A stretch of DNA of 64,000 nucleotides from Octopus sinensis (GCF_006345805.1 NC_042997.1:177506001-177570000); one strand, 5' to 3'; positions 40,102 to 53,383 are shown, counted from the first letter of the stretch. The notes: a model not told the origin generated them from the letters alone. Program-made: numbers and translations.

Positions 40102-40707
40102 AGTAGTGGTGGTGGTGGTGGTGGCAGTGGTGGTGGTAGTGATGTTGGTGGTGATAGTGGTAACGTAGACAGTTGTAGTGGAGATGTTGTGGTATTGGTG
40201 GCGGCGGTGTTAATAACAGTAGTAGCAGTGGTGGTAGTGGTGGTGGTAGTTTAGTAATAGTAGTAGTAGTAGTAGTAGTAAATTTTATTGTCGCTGCGTT
40301 TTGTTGTGGTTAGTGACAATATAAGTTTAATAAATAAATAAATAAACAAAATGGCTGCGTCTGTATTACATTCTGCGTTCAAATCTCACCGACGGAGGTT
40401 TTCAACTTAGCTTTTTATCTTTTCGAAGCCGTTTGATAAAATAAAATAAAATAAAATAATATAGAATAAAATAAAATAAAATAAAATAAAATAGACTAAA
40501 ATAAAATAGAAACAATATAATATAGAATAAACTAAACTAAACTAAAATAAAATAAAATAAAGTACCAACCACTCAAGTACTAGAGGTCGGTTTTAATCAG
40601 CGTAATCAATTTAATCAACTTTAATCAACTGTGAATCAACTTAACTTAATCACTCCGCCCAAACATTCAAGGCCTCGAGTCTCAATTACAAAGAAACACG
40701 ACAGCAG

Positions 40708-40744
<37 letters not shown>

Positions 40745-41305
40745 GTCGTTGTTGTTGTTATTGTTATTTCTGTTGTTGTTGTTGTTGTTATTTATCCTCA
40801 GGTCAGTTCGGATCGAACCGTCTCCAGGCGTCTTGGCTCTAGAATATTCTCTTATCACATTAAATTACTTAATAATGTGCGGCCCTTACGCTTCTTTTTT
40901 TTTTTTTTTAATATTTTCCCCTTATTTTTATTTTTTTAAAGCAATTGTATGTGGCTTGAGGGGGAAACTTACTGTTGTTTCTAGCAGCCAGAGCAGCAAA
41001 CGTAGAAGCCAAGCTCTCGCGGTAGCATGTTGCTTGTCATTGCAAAAGATAGCTGCTGCTGCTGCTGCTGATGCTACTGTTGCTGCTGGAGCTGTTGTTG
41101 TTGTTGCTGCTGCTGCTGCAAGTGTTGCTTTTATTTTATAAAGCGAGCATGCAGAGAAAATGTGCATTGCAACATTCAAAAGTGCATATTTATTTTATTT
41201 ATTACTTCACAGTTTCGTTTTGTACGATAAGGAAAGCAACGCGAGAACGGCAAAGACATCATTTATCACAACCAGCCCCTGCCCCAGCACCGGTGGCATC
41301 ACCGC

Positions 41306-41344
<39 letters not shown>

Positions 41345-41559
41345 TGACAGCAACGATAACAAAACAGAAACAACATCAACAACAATAACAACAACAACAA
41401 TAACATTAGCTGCAGGTGTGATGACAATTCAAAAAAAAAAAAAAATATTAATAATAAGCAGATCTGAAATACACAAAATTAGCAACAAGATGAAAAGTGT
41501 AAGAATATTATGTAAAGTAAAAAAAAAAAAAAGAAATTGTGTAACACACACTTTAGGAT

Positions 41560-41712
41560 TATGATAACGACGACGACGATGTTGTTGATGATGATGATGA
41601 TGATGATGACGACGACGACGCCGACGACGACGACGACGATGATGATGATGACAATCATGTTAAGGGTAATCTTGATAACGATGATGATGATGATGACGAC
41701 GACAACGACGAC

Positions 41713-41747
<35 letters not shown>

Positions 41748-42050
41748 CGATGATGATGGTGATGATGATGATAATGATGATGATGATGATGGTGACAATC
41801 ATGTTAAGGATAATCTTGATTACGATGATGATGATGATGACGATGATGATGATGATGATGATGATGATTACGACGATGATGATGATGATGACAATCATGT
41901 TAAGGATAATCTTGATAACGATGATGATGATGATTCTGACTACGACGACGGCGGCGGTGCTGGTAAAGATGATGATGATGATGACAATCAAGGATAAGCT
42001 TGGTAACGACGATGACGATGATGATGGTGATGATGGCGATGATGAAGAGA
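41560..42050 (+). repeat. (GAT/GAC)n array with a recurring ~30-bp spacer
   Basis: gacaatcatgttaagg(g/a)taatcttgat(a/t)acg occurs at about 41650, 41793 and 41890, plus one degenerate copy near 41983. Confidence 0.85.
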
Positions 42051-42204
42051 AGGACGAAAAGATGGAGGAAAACGAATGATGAAGAGAACGTGTAGAAGTT
42101 GTTGGACAAAGATGGTGATGGGGGTTGCGATAGTGATCGATGGAGATAGTGAGTTGTGGTTATCGTTGGTGGTGGCCACACTTGTAATGTCGGTGCTGTT
42201 GTTG

Positions 42205-42236
<32 letters not shown>

Positions 42237-42519
42237 GGTGGTTGTTATGATGATGGCAGTGGTAGTGCTCGTGGTCAATGTTGTTGTTGTGATGGTGATG
42301 GTAGTACTCGGGGACGGCGGCAGCACTGGCTTTGGTGGTGGTGGTGGTGGTGGTGGTGGTGGTGAGGATATCTTGAGAGAAAAACGCAAGTGTCAACTAC
42401 AACGTTTATAGTTGTTGGTCTCTGAAGCAACAGATGTCAGAAAATTCTACTTTCTATCATCAACAGGCGACTACTTCCCTCCTTTCCTCTATCTCTTCCT
42501 ACCCCTCTCTATCTATTTG

Positions 42520-42554
<35 letters not shown>

Positions 42555-42963
42555 TTATCTAACCTATCTAACTCTCACTCACTCTCTTTCTATCTCTGTT
42601 GTGTTTCTCTACTTATTTCTCGTTCTGTATCCCGCAGGCCTTCTTTTTCCTCTCTTTCTCTTTCTCTCAAGTGAAGTCAGACTTTGTTGTCATCATCGAT
42701 AGTGGTGGTGGTGATAGTGTTGGTAGCGGTGGTGATAGCTTTGATAACGTCGGCTTTCTCTGTCTCATTCATCTCCCCCTTCCTCTTTCTTTCTTTCTCT
42801 CTCTCTATCTATCTATCTATATCAACTATCTATTTATCTATCTATCTATCGATATATATATACACATACATATATATCCACACACACACATATATATATA
42901 TATATAAGTACACACTTACACACACATATAAGATAGATAATCCTGTATATGTGTATGTGTGTG

Positions 42964-42998
<35 letters not shown>

Positions 42999-43550
42999 AT
43001 GTGTGTGTGCGTGTATGCATGTATGTATGTATATGTGTGTGTTAGTGTGTGTGTGTGTGAGTGTGTGTGTGTGTGAGAGAGAGAGAGAAAGAGAGTGTGC
43101 GTGTGTGTGTATGTGTGTATGTGTGTGTGTGTGTCTGTCATGTTATATGTCGTCGTCTTCCTCTGACACCACATTGCAAGCTAGCAACAAGCTAACATGG
43201 CCGCTTGCTTCAACTTCCCGTCTGCTAAGCGCAACAGTCTCACATTTTGCCTGTGGTCCAATATGTTTTGTCGCACAAAGGAGTCAGACAAAACTAGCTG
43301 ATAAACTATGCTATAATGCACAGTGTCGTTCGACATGATAGTCTCAGCTGGTTAGGTGGTAGGCTGGTTGGCTGGTTGGTGGGTAGGCTGGTTGGCTTGT
43401 AGGCTAGTTGGTGAGTTAACTGAATGGTCTCTTGTTGCTCCTGTCGAACTCCAGATCAGCTGTTATTGACTAGACCTAAGAGCAAAAGCCTTCCAGGCAA
43501 GACCGTCTCATTTTATTTTCTCAGTAAGAAGTTATTATATCTATATCTAT

Positions 43551-43975
43551 GTGGCTGTGTGGTAAGAAGCTTGCTTCCCAACCACATGGTTCCGGGTTCA
43601 GTCCCTATGCGTGGCACATTGGGCAAGTGTCTTCTTCTATAGCTTGAGACTGACCAAAGCCTTGTGAGTGGATTTGGTAGATGGAAACTGAAAGAAGCCC
43701 GCCGTATACATATATGTATGTATCTATATATGTATCTATGTATCTATATCTGTGTGTGTGTGTGTATTTCTGCGTGTGTTTGTTCCCCCACCGTCGCTTG
43801 ACAACCTATGTTAGTGTGTTTACGTCCCTGTTATTAGCGGCTCGGCAAAAGCGACCGAAAAAAGAAGTACTAGGCTTACGAAGAATAAGTCCCTGGAGTG
43901 ATTTGTTCGACTAAAACCCTTTAAGGTAGTGCTCCAGCATGGCCGCAATCAAATGAGTGAAACAAGTAAAAGAAT
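43551..43975 (+). mobile_element. SINE family A, diverged
   Basis: Head, internal microsatellite and tail are all present. Confidence 0.85.
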
Positions 43976-44767
43976 GAAGGAATGAGAGAAAAAAGAATTA
44001 TCCAATATGCTCTTCTCATTTTTTAAAGGTAAGATGTATGAATGTAAATTGGGTGTTATCTCTAGCAGGATGAGCGATTAGCGAGATAGGATTTCTTTCG
44101 TTGATTAGTCAGTGAATCGGTAATTGTTATCGTTATTATTTGCCAACGCCGTAATCTAACCCCAGATCAAGTCTGACTGCCTAACATTGATCTAGGGCTT
44201 GAGGAACCAATGAAAAGCCTGGGAATATATGAGAGTCTTCTCTGCCAAAAAGCAAAATATAAAGAAAGGAAAGAAAAGAAAATACAGAGAAGCCTCTAAT
44301 CTGTCTTCCGTGCTTTGAAATATTTCTCTAGGAGGGCATGACTGTATAATATATAGCTAAGGATTACACGTAGATCGAACCTCTACGTACAAAACTCAGA
44401 TCCACTGAACCAGTGTGTTGTTAGTCAGATCACTTCTACTGTCTTAAAAATGGTAAATACTCACATTTCATCAGAATATAGTTGTAGATCACCAAAAGAG
44501 TACGAATAGATGGTCATGGCGGGAATGATTTTATTTATTTATCTGAGTGAACGGATTGACCTGAGGTCAAACAACAACAACAACAACAGAAATTAAGGGT
44601 CTAGATATTCCCTACCACACCTTCAGTAACTGGAAAAGAATAGTATGAACTATGACAAGTAGTAATTGTTAATGTTCTTCTTTTAACCCATGGTCTGATC
44701 TAACCATTCAGATATTATCAAAAGCGGGCTTTTCATGTCTTTGCTCCTTATTTTTTTTTTACAAACA

Positions 44768-45025
44768 TGGAGGCGCGTGGCTCACTAGTTGGCGTGTTAG
44801 AATCATGATCGTAAGATTGGTTTCGATTCTTGGACCGGGCGACGAATTGTGCTCTTGAGAAAAACACTTCATTTCATGTTACTCCAGTCCACTCACCTGG
44901 CAAAAGTGAGTAATCCTGCGATGGACCGGCGTCCCGTCCAGGTGGGAAACATATACGTTATGAAATCGGGAAACCTGCCCTCATGCGTCGGTATTACTCG
45001 AGAAGGTAACTTTACTTTTTAACTT
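44768..45025 (+). mobile_element. tRNA-headed SINE, chimeric D-like middle and C-like tail
   Basis: Head tggaggcgcgtggc, middle acacttcatttcatgttactccagtccactcacctg, tail gaccggcgtcccgtccaggtggg. Confidence 0.7.
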
Positions 45026-45383
45026 TTCTTATTAGCTCCTGGTTCAGTCTTTATGTATGGTCAATGCATCTCTAACACATCCTTTTAATTTCTAGCTTTA
45101 ATTTTTAGAGTATGGTATGAGGGAGATTTGTTTGCTACTTCTAAGAGATCGAGATACCACATAAAGGCTTCCCTTGTTTTATATTTGCTTCCAATGCAAA
45201 TTGTTTATTCATGCACCTCAGTTTAAACGTGTTGCACATTCGATAGTCATTTTCTTCTTAATTTTGTACGTGAAGGTCGATGATGAACAGCGTTCAAGCA
45301 GTGAAAAATCCAGTCTCTTTAAGGGACTATCTGGAACATCATTAACTGAGGTGGGATTTAAAAAACATATTAAGGTGTAACAC

Positions 45384-45629
45384 AGAGGTTCTCGACTATT
45401 CTTTTCCTATGAAGCCCTTTGATTCCTGTTTCACTCGGATGAACCCTCAAAAATATTTAATGTTTCAAAAATCCTAGTATAGTTTTATAATTAAATATTA
45501 TTAGAAATTGTATTAAAAAAACTTGTGAAAAAAATTTTTGTGTATTTTAGAAGTATGAGCAGTTTGTTGCACATAAATTTTAATGACAAAGTCCCAAGGG
45601 TCATGTGGACCCCGATTGAGAAACACTGG
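45384..45629. mobile_element. Possible hAT (Charlie-like) MITE
   Basis: Ends cagaggttctc and gagaaacactg resemble CAGTGGTTCTCAA-type TIRs. No 8-bp TSD was found. Confidence 0.35.
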
Positions 45630-45774
45630 AAGCGTCTCAAGGGAGACGTTTTTACTATTTCTAGTATGTCGAGCGACTACATACATGTGCCCTCATAGTT
45701 TGAGTACTTCCTAGATGAATTCGCTGACTGACATCATATTTTATACGAGATACAAAGATAGATAGAGGGTTACA

Positions 45775-45835
45775 AAGATAGATAGATAGATTGATAGACA
45801 GACAGATTGACAGACAGACAGATTGACAGACAGAC

Positions 45836-45905
<70 letters not shown>

Positions 45906-45942
45906 CAGACAGATTGACAGATAGATAGACAGACAGATTGAC

Positions 45943-45988
<46 letters not shown>

Positions 45989-46015
45989 GTAGGTAGGTAG
46001 GTAGGTAGGTAGGTA
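45775..46015 (+). repeat. (GATA)/(GACA)/(GGTA)n compound microsatellite
   Basis: Direct reading. Confidence 0.95.
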
Positions 46016-46956
46016 GTGTCAGAGGAATTCTGGAGCGAGAGAAAGAGAGAGAGAGAGTGTGTGTGTGTAGGAAAGAGGGGAGAGTATGAGAAAGAAAGAA
46101 AAAGAAAGAGTATGAGAGAGTGAGAGATATATAGAGAGAAAGAGTGAAAGAATTAGGAAGAATAAGATAACCAAAAAGAAATCTAGTTACACGCGTGCAC
46201 GTATCAGTATGTCATAGCAACATTGTAGAGCAAAGCGCTTTGACAGAGACGATAAACAGCGAATAGATAACAATTTAAAATATGGTGTACCAAATATACA
46301 CAACAAGCACAATTAGAACATCCACAACAAGGGTATCAATAAGCAATATAAAGTATACAAGTAGAAAAAGCAGAAGACGCAGGTGTATAGGTGACAGACA
46401 AAATGAAAAAAGGCAATAATGGTAATATACAAGCTGTGTAAAATTAAATAAGAAGTAACTACTGTAATAGTATCAGTGAAGCAGGTGAGTGAGACGATGC
46501 GATTCGAACGTAAAGTGGGTTTTGTGAAAGAGCAAGTTTGTGCAATTATAATGGAGAGGAATGAACACAGCTGGATGAGATGGAGAGAAAGGAATTAGAA
46601 AAGAAAAAAAAAACTTCAACATATATAGTGTGTGTATGTGTGTATATGAAAATACAGGCAAACTCACACGTTTGTATAAATATGTGTGTGCTTGTGTGTA
46701 TGTGTTGTTGTGGTTGTTGTTTTTGTTGTAGCTGTGTGGATGTGCGTGTGCACGTACGCTTGTGTGTGCGTGTGTGTTTCGGGTAAAAGTTGGTTATTTT
46801 TAAACCACATGTTTAGGGCTAAACATCACAGATCGACTCTGGCACGGATCTTGGATCGACAAGGATTAAAATCAAAGAAACAATCCAAAATACCGTGTCG
46901 GAAGCGAAATCTCAAATAATTCCATAAACGATTAAAGCGAAAACTAAGTAATTTTA

Positions 46957-47189
46957 TTGTGTCTGGGGAGAGCCATTCTCTTTTAGTGCCTTATTATTTA
47001 ACACACTCACCGGTAAAATTTCCACTTATTTCTTATTTTGATATTCTAAAATTTTCGTCAAAACTATTGAAAAGGTTGCGAAACGCAACGAAAATTTTAG
47101 AAAATAAAAATAAGAAATAAGTGGAAATTTTACCGGTGAGTGTGTTAAATTATAAGGCACTGAAAGAGAATGACTCTCCCCAGACACAA
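46957..47189. repeat. Foldback hairpin with ~100-bp arms
   Basis: Arms 46957-47058 and 47088-47189; the loop contains a ttgcg-aaa-cgcaa mini-hairpin. Confidence 0.85.
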
Positions 47190-47799
47190 CAGAATATACT
47201 TCAACACACGAACTCATATAAAGAATCTTGCAAACCAAATCCAAAAACGAAATAAGTAATTTTATTCCGGTACTAATGACTTCTAAAAATAAAATAGGCA
47301 CAAGGTCTCAAATTTGTAATTGCGGAATGCATATAGTTGCGTACCTCAACCCAGGTACTTACCTGGTATTTTATTTCATCGATTTGTACATTAAAACATA
47401 CACTCCACTAATTGGACGTGGCTTTAGCTATTTTGAATGGTTACATCTGCTGTTTTACTGATAGTTATCATAATTGATTACCGACTACCTTCGTTGAAGT
47501 TACAACTCATCTCAAGACTTTATGCCAGTGCTGAATCTTAATTTCTGATTGGGTAATTAATGTAAGTTAAAACTATAAAATATTAAAACGATTTATTTAA
47601 CGACGAAGGAAAAATGAATTCTTAAGCTATATTTATGCAAACAAAATTGATATGGAAATTTGAAGCAGCGTTAAATTAAAATTACATGGTAAAATATTAA
47701 ATATTACAACCATATGCGGTTTGCCGCAAATCCACGTTGTTTAATGGCTTTTGTACTGAATAAAAAATGATAGCATTGTATGACTCCTCTTCATTATGG

Positions 47800-48280
47800 C
47801 TTCAAATTTTAGCACAAGGCCAGCAATTTCGAGAGAGGGGTAAGCTGGTTACATCGACCCCGGTGTTCAACTGGTACTTATTTTATCGACCCTGAAAAGA
47901 TGAAAGGTAAAGATGATCTCGGCAGAATTTTAACTCAAAAATTTAAGACGAGATGCTGCTAAGCATTTTGCCCGGCGTGCTAACAATTCTGCCAGCTCGC
48001 TGCCTTATGAACCCTCTTCATAATACCTATTTCTTTACTGCCCACAAGGGGCTACACACAGAGGGGATAAACAAGGACAGACAAACGTATTAAGTCAATT
48101 ATATCGACCCCAGTGCGTAACTGGTACTTATTTTATCGACCCCGAAAGGATAAAAAGCAAAGTTGACCTCGGCAGAATTTGAACTCAAAACTTAAAGAAC
48201 GAAATGCTGCTAAGCATTTTGCCCGGCGTGCTAACAATTCTGTCAGCTCGCCGCCTTATGACCCCTCTTCATAATACCTG
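47800..48280 (-). mobile_element. Two tandem SINE family B copies with a duplicated flank
   Basis: atgctgctaagcattttgcccggcgtgctaacaattctg..ccttatga.ccctcttcataatacct occurs twice (about 47953-48028 and 48204-48279). Confidence 0.8.
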
Positions 48281-48734
48281 TCCGTAATTATTAGGTTACA
48301 CATCATTTGCTGCTCCTTCTTCATCATAATAGTCTCTACAGATATTCATCTTCTGTACCAACCGATGGATTTAATTCAATGATTTGGTAATATCACTTTC
48401 AATTTCTTCCCATGAATTAACGACCCGTTCACGGATCAGAGCCAGAGGACAGCTCAAGACTGAGTACTACTTTCTTTCTTGTATAGTGTCTTACCATTTC
48501 GTATGTAGTCACTTCAATCATATTCACCGGGTCCTTCAAGCTTAAAGGTCCATCGACGCCATTACGTGATGTCTGCAAAACTCTTATGTCAACCAAAAAT
48601 TACCGCTGTGCCAGTAATTTGGGACTTTATCTATTTATAAGCTTATATCTTAATTTTAAGTAACAATCTATCCTTTAAGTGTTCTTTAAAATCGAACTCC
48701 GTCATATTTTCAAGCAATAAATTGTTCTTTCGAA

Positions 48735-49140
48735 GGCGGCGAGCTGGCAGAGACCTTAGCACGCCGGGCGAAATGCCTTGTGGTATTTCGTCCGCCGCTG
48801 CGTTCTGAGTTCAAATTCCGCCGAGGTCGACTTTGCCTTTCATAATTTCGGGGTCGATAAATTAAGTACCAGTTATGCACTGGGGTCGATGTAATAGACT
48901 TAATCCGTTTGTCTGTCCTTGTTTGTCCCCTCTATGTTTAGCCCCTTGTGGGCAATAAAGAAATAGGTATTTCGTCTGTCTTTACGTTCTGAGTTCAAAT
49001 TCCACCGAGGTCGACTTTGCCTTTCATCATTCCGGGGTCGATAAATTAAGTACCAGTTACATACTGGAATCGATTTAATTGACTGGTCCCCACCCCCCAA
49101 AAGCAATTTCGGGCCTTGTGCCTAGAGTATAAAAAGAAAA
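48735..49140 (+). mobile_element. SINE family B, dimeric copy
   Basis: Head, core and tail, followed by a second headless core. Confidence 0.85.
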
Positions 49141-49489
49141 GAATAAATTGTTCTTTTGGCGGCATTTCTTCCGACATATAACTATGTGTTCCAGCTTAGC
49201 TGTGGTCGACTTTACTTTTCATCCTTTCAGATTTGATAAAATAGGTACCAGATGAGCAATGGGAGCTAAATTTGCTGATCACGTACCCCAAAATATGAAA
49301 CCATTATTTGGATGAAAAAATATATCAACAATATTTCTGTTCGACGCATCTCTTTCTCTATACATATATGCTTGTATGTTTACACACACACACACACACG
49401 CACACACACACACGCACACACACACACACACATACATGCACATACATGTATGCATACCTATATACTTACACGTAGATATATATCATATG

Positions 49490-50785
49490 TATTAGGTTGT
49501 CAAAAAAAGTTCTTGCGGTTTTTAACCTTTAAATTCAGATGCACATATCTCGGCTCAAACAAAACTTTATTAATCAAAATAAACACCATCAGAATCAACA
49601 CACTTTTGTCAACGTGGAACAAGTTTATTTATGCCAGTAGCGTAAAAATCCTGCGTTCTGGTGGCGATGAAGTCGTTGAAGGCGTGTTTTGCATCGTCTT
49701 GGTTTCTGAAGCATATCTCACGCAGGAAGTTGTCGAGATGCTTGAAAAAGTGGTAGTCGGTAGGCAAGAGATCTGGTGAGTATGGCGGATGAGGCAGAGT
49801 TTCGTAGCCCAATTCGTTTATCTTCTGCAGAATCAGTTGTGCGACGTGCGGCCGAGCGTTGTCGTGGAGAAGAATTGGTCCTTTTCTATTGACTGACAAT
49901 GCTGGCTGTTGTTGTCGGTGTTTCTTAAGTTTTTCATCCATTTGCTGATAGTAATTCTCTGCTGTAATGGTTTCGCCTGGATCTGAAGAGCTGTGATGGA
50001 TGAGACCGGCAAACAGACCACCAAACAGTCACCATAGCCTACTTTTGGTGCAACTTTGGCTTCGGTAAGTTCCGTGGAGCTTCGTCGGCGTCCAATCACT
50101 GAGCTAAGCGTCGCCGGTTGTCGTAAAGAATCCACTTTTCATCGCAAGTCACAATCCGGTCGAGAAACGGGTCGTTCTTGTTGCGTAAATGAAGGGAAGA
50201 CGACACTAAAACGACGTTTTTCTTTTCTTTGGTTGTCGTTCTATTTGTGCGACAACCATTTCTCAAGTATTTTTGTTTTTCCAATCTTTTCACGTGGCTG
50301 GAAATTGTCGTATACGTTACGTCTAATTCAGAAGCAAGCTTTCGAACAGTTGTGCGTGGATTGGCTTCGACTAAGGCTCTTGGTTGATCGTTGTCAACAT
50401 CCGATGGCCGACCACTACGTTTATCAGCTTCAAGACTCGTCACCGCTACGAAATTTCTTGTATCACCATTATGCTGTACATTCATTAGTGGATCCTGGGC
50501 AAAACGCATCGTTGATTTCGCGAGGTGTTTCAGCAGCTTTTTGGCCTAGCTTGAACTGGAACAAGAAAATTGTGCGAATTTGCTTTTTGTCCATGTCGTA
50601 TTCAACATTCTGGAAAGAATGGCCTAATTATTCAAAAAGAAAAAGAGTAACATAATTAGATAGAGCGAAAAACGGGTTTTAAAATGATATATAAAGTCAA
50701 AGTAATTTAATAAAAATTAATTTGAAAATACATAATTTAAAACCAAAATTAAAAATTCCGCACGAACTTTCTTGACAACCTAATA
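49490..50785 (-). mobile_element. Full-length mariner (Hsmar1/cecropia-like), defective
   Basis: TA-flanked ~30-bp TIRs: ttaggttgtcaaaaaaagttcttgcgg and ccgcacgaactttcttgacaacctaa. About 1.3 kb long. Confidence 0.92.
49570..50594 (-). pseudogene. Mariner D,D34D transposase, frameshifted
   Basis: MDKKQIRTIFLFQFKLGQKAAE.., RIVTCDEKWILYDN, ILLHDNARPH, HPPYSPDLLPTDYHFF, and C-terminal QKCVDSDGVYFD. Confidence 0.9.
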
Positions 50786-51389
50786 TATGCGTATATGTTT
50801 GTAAACAGTAAAAAGAGGTACAACCCAAGCATAAGACAAACATACATAATAATTGATTTTCACACACACAAATCATTGAATGTGTGTGAGCCCACGTTTG
50901 TAGTGCGTGTGAGTGCGTGTAAATATTTATGTATTTATAAATTTGTCTTTTCGTATACGTGCACAAACGTTTATATGCGCACGAACGAACAAGCGCGCGC
51001 ACCCCTCCCCCACTAACATACGCACACATCCCTCATACATATATACGCATAATACTATATCGTATTGTTATTGATATCATAACAGCGCTCGGAACCACAA
51101 GATTGATCTAATTAAAATGTTTCTCAATATACTGAAAAACAAAGACGTACACAGAAATTAACATGAACCTTCATGTAAAATTATACTCTCGAAGTTTCAT
51201 ATTGCACATTTTCAATCATCAGTGGAGGATGAGGACACTAATAAACGTTCTCAACTAATTTGTTATAGAATGATGTTTTGTGAAGCGACAAAAATGGTTA
51301 TGAAATATGGTACAGCCATCCGTCACTCACAATGAAGTATATCGTGGCCGAACGTAGCATGCTTTTGCTAATTATTTTAGGAGCCTATG

Positions 51390-52155
51390 TACAGGGGGTC
51401 CCAAAAGTTACTGAAGGGTTTCAATTTTTAATAACTTCCTTAACTTTACAAATAAATACATAAAATTTGATACAATGTAAAGGACATAATGGAAATTAAT
51501 ATGCACAAGTCACATTTTGCAACACCACTACATCACATATGAAAAATGACGTTGCAAAAATAGCAGCCATATTTTGCTTCGCACATCCGTGTTCTTTCCA
51601 AAACTTGCACCATAACATCATCAGGAGTTTCAGACCCCACTTCTCTGATTTTTCTATTGATGTTCTCCTTCAGTTGTACCAGGGTCTCTGGTTTGTTAAC
51701 GTAAACCCTCTCTTTCAGGTATTCATGATTGAAAACTTTTTGCGTCTGGCCATTCAAAGTAGACCTCACACATGGCTTCAGCAAGATAGGGCAATTGCTC
51801 ATACGGCCAGAGAAACAATGCAGTTGCTACGTTTGAGCTTTGGAGAGAGAACAATCTCCCGCTACAGCAATGTCAACTGGCCTTCACGTTCCCCAGACAT
51901 GACTAGGCCGGAGTTTTTCTTGTAGGAATACCTGAAAGAGAGGGTTTACATCAACAAACCGGAGACCCTGGTGCAACTGAAAGAGAACATAGATAGAGAA
52001 ATCAGAAAAGTGAAGCCTGAAACAATTGAGCATATTATGGTACAAGTTTTGGAAAGAGCATGGGTGTGCGAAGCCGAAAATGGCTGTCATTTAAGCGATG
52101 TCCTTTTTCATATGTGTTGTAGTGGTGTTGCAAAATTTGACTTGTGCATATTAAT
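51390..52155. mobile_element. Foldback rosa/DD41D derivative, copy 2 (right TIR lost)
   Basis: Left TIR tacagggggtcccaaaagttactgaagggtttcaatt. In QQD..SPDMTRPE there are 41 residues between the D and the acidic position. Both arms encode YLKERVY.NKPETLVQLKENI. Confidence 0.8.
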
Positions 52156-52163
52156 ATATATAT

Positions 52164-52580
52164 CTTCTATCTTTTACTAGTTTCAGTCATTTGAGTACGG
52201 ACATGCTAGAGCACGACCTTGAAAATTTCGTCGAATGTACCGATCTTAGAACTTTTTTTTAAAGCCTAATACTTATTCTATCAAATACTTTTGCCGAACC
52301 GCTAGGTTACGGAGGGTATACACACCAACACTGGCTCTAAAGCGGTTAGCGAGGGGGGGGGCACACACACATGCACGCACACATATCGAGACGCACGCAC
52401 ACATATGGAGACGCACGCACACATATACGACGAGCTTCTTTCAGTTTCCGTGTACCAAATGCATTCACAAGGCTTTGGTTAGCCCGAACCTAGATTAGAT
52501 GAGAATTGCCCCTGGTAAGACTGGACCAGAAATCATGTAATTGAGAATCAAGCTTCTTATTACACAGCCACGTCTGCGCC
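52164..52580 (-). mobile_element. SINE family A, diverged
   Basis: Tail at 52164 and head ending tgcgcc at 52580. Confidence 0.8.
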
Positions 52581-52610
52581 CATATATATATATGAGTGTG
52601 TGTGTGTGTG

Positions 52611-52753
52611 GTGTGGTAAGTAGCTTGCTTACCAACCACATGGTTCCGGGTTCAGTCCCACTGCGTAGCACCTTGGACAAGTGTCTTCTACTCTAGCTTC
52701 GGGCCGACCAAAGCCTTGTGAGTGGATTTGGTAGAAGGAACTGAAAGAAGCCG

Positions 52754-52757
<4 letters not shown>
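52611..52757 (+). mobile_element. SINE family A 5' half, split
   Basis: Head up to gaagccgtc, then (TA)n; the 3' half resumes at 54939. Confidence 0.85.
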
Positions 52758-52798
<41 letters not shown>

Positions 52799-52813
52799 TA
52801 CATACATACATGA

Positions 52814-52884
<71 letters not shown>

Positions 52885-52925
52885 ATAATATATATACTAT
52901 TATATATTATATATATATATAGACA

Positions 52926-52959
<34 letters not shown>

Positions 52960-52960
52960 A

Positions 52961-53003
<43 letters not shown>

Positions 53004-53009
53004 TAATAC

Positions 53010-53312
53010 TAAGCAATAAGGGTTTAGCAACGAATTGCCTTACCACATACCGAATTAGAAATAGCAGTCAAAGGGTTATAGCTATTTCTTCTACTAAAAA
53101 GGGAGATCTCAGTAAAACACGCAATTGGAAGGCTGACACAAACAGGTAAAGAGAGAATGAAGTAACTGCAATCTATCAAACATTTTAAAGTTATCTACGG
53201 ACGTACGTTTCGAAATCAAGTTTTAGGAAGCATAAGAATTAAATATTAAATATTAAATAATTCTATCTTACCGAACTTCTTTCTCTTCAGCGTAGAATAC
53301 TATAATCGTAAA
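53010..53312 (-). mobile_element. PLE pseudo-LTR-like fragment in (TA)n
   Basis: ~300 bp of unique sequence between TA tracts, carrying an HHR. Confidence 0.6.
53194..53296 (-). ncRNA. Type I hammerhead ribozyme, fully canonical core
   Basis: ucuacg-CUGAAGA-gaaa..(long helix II)..uuuc-GAAAC-GUAC-GUC-cguaga: perfect 6-bp helix I, G10.1-C11.1 pair and GUC triplet. Predicted cut between 53200 and 53199. Confidence 0.85.
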
Positions 53313-53316
53313 TGAT

Positions 53317-53348
<32 letters not shown>

Positions 53349-53383
53349 TATATATTATATATATATATATATATAAGATATTA

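Noticed and set aside
41560-42050. Repeat-spacer pattern as a CRISPR array
   Set aside because: Eukaryotic context, the spacers are microsatellite, and there are no cas genes.
48300-48620. Possible LINE RT remnant on the minus strand
   Set aside because: Too degraded for a supported call.
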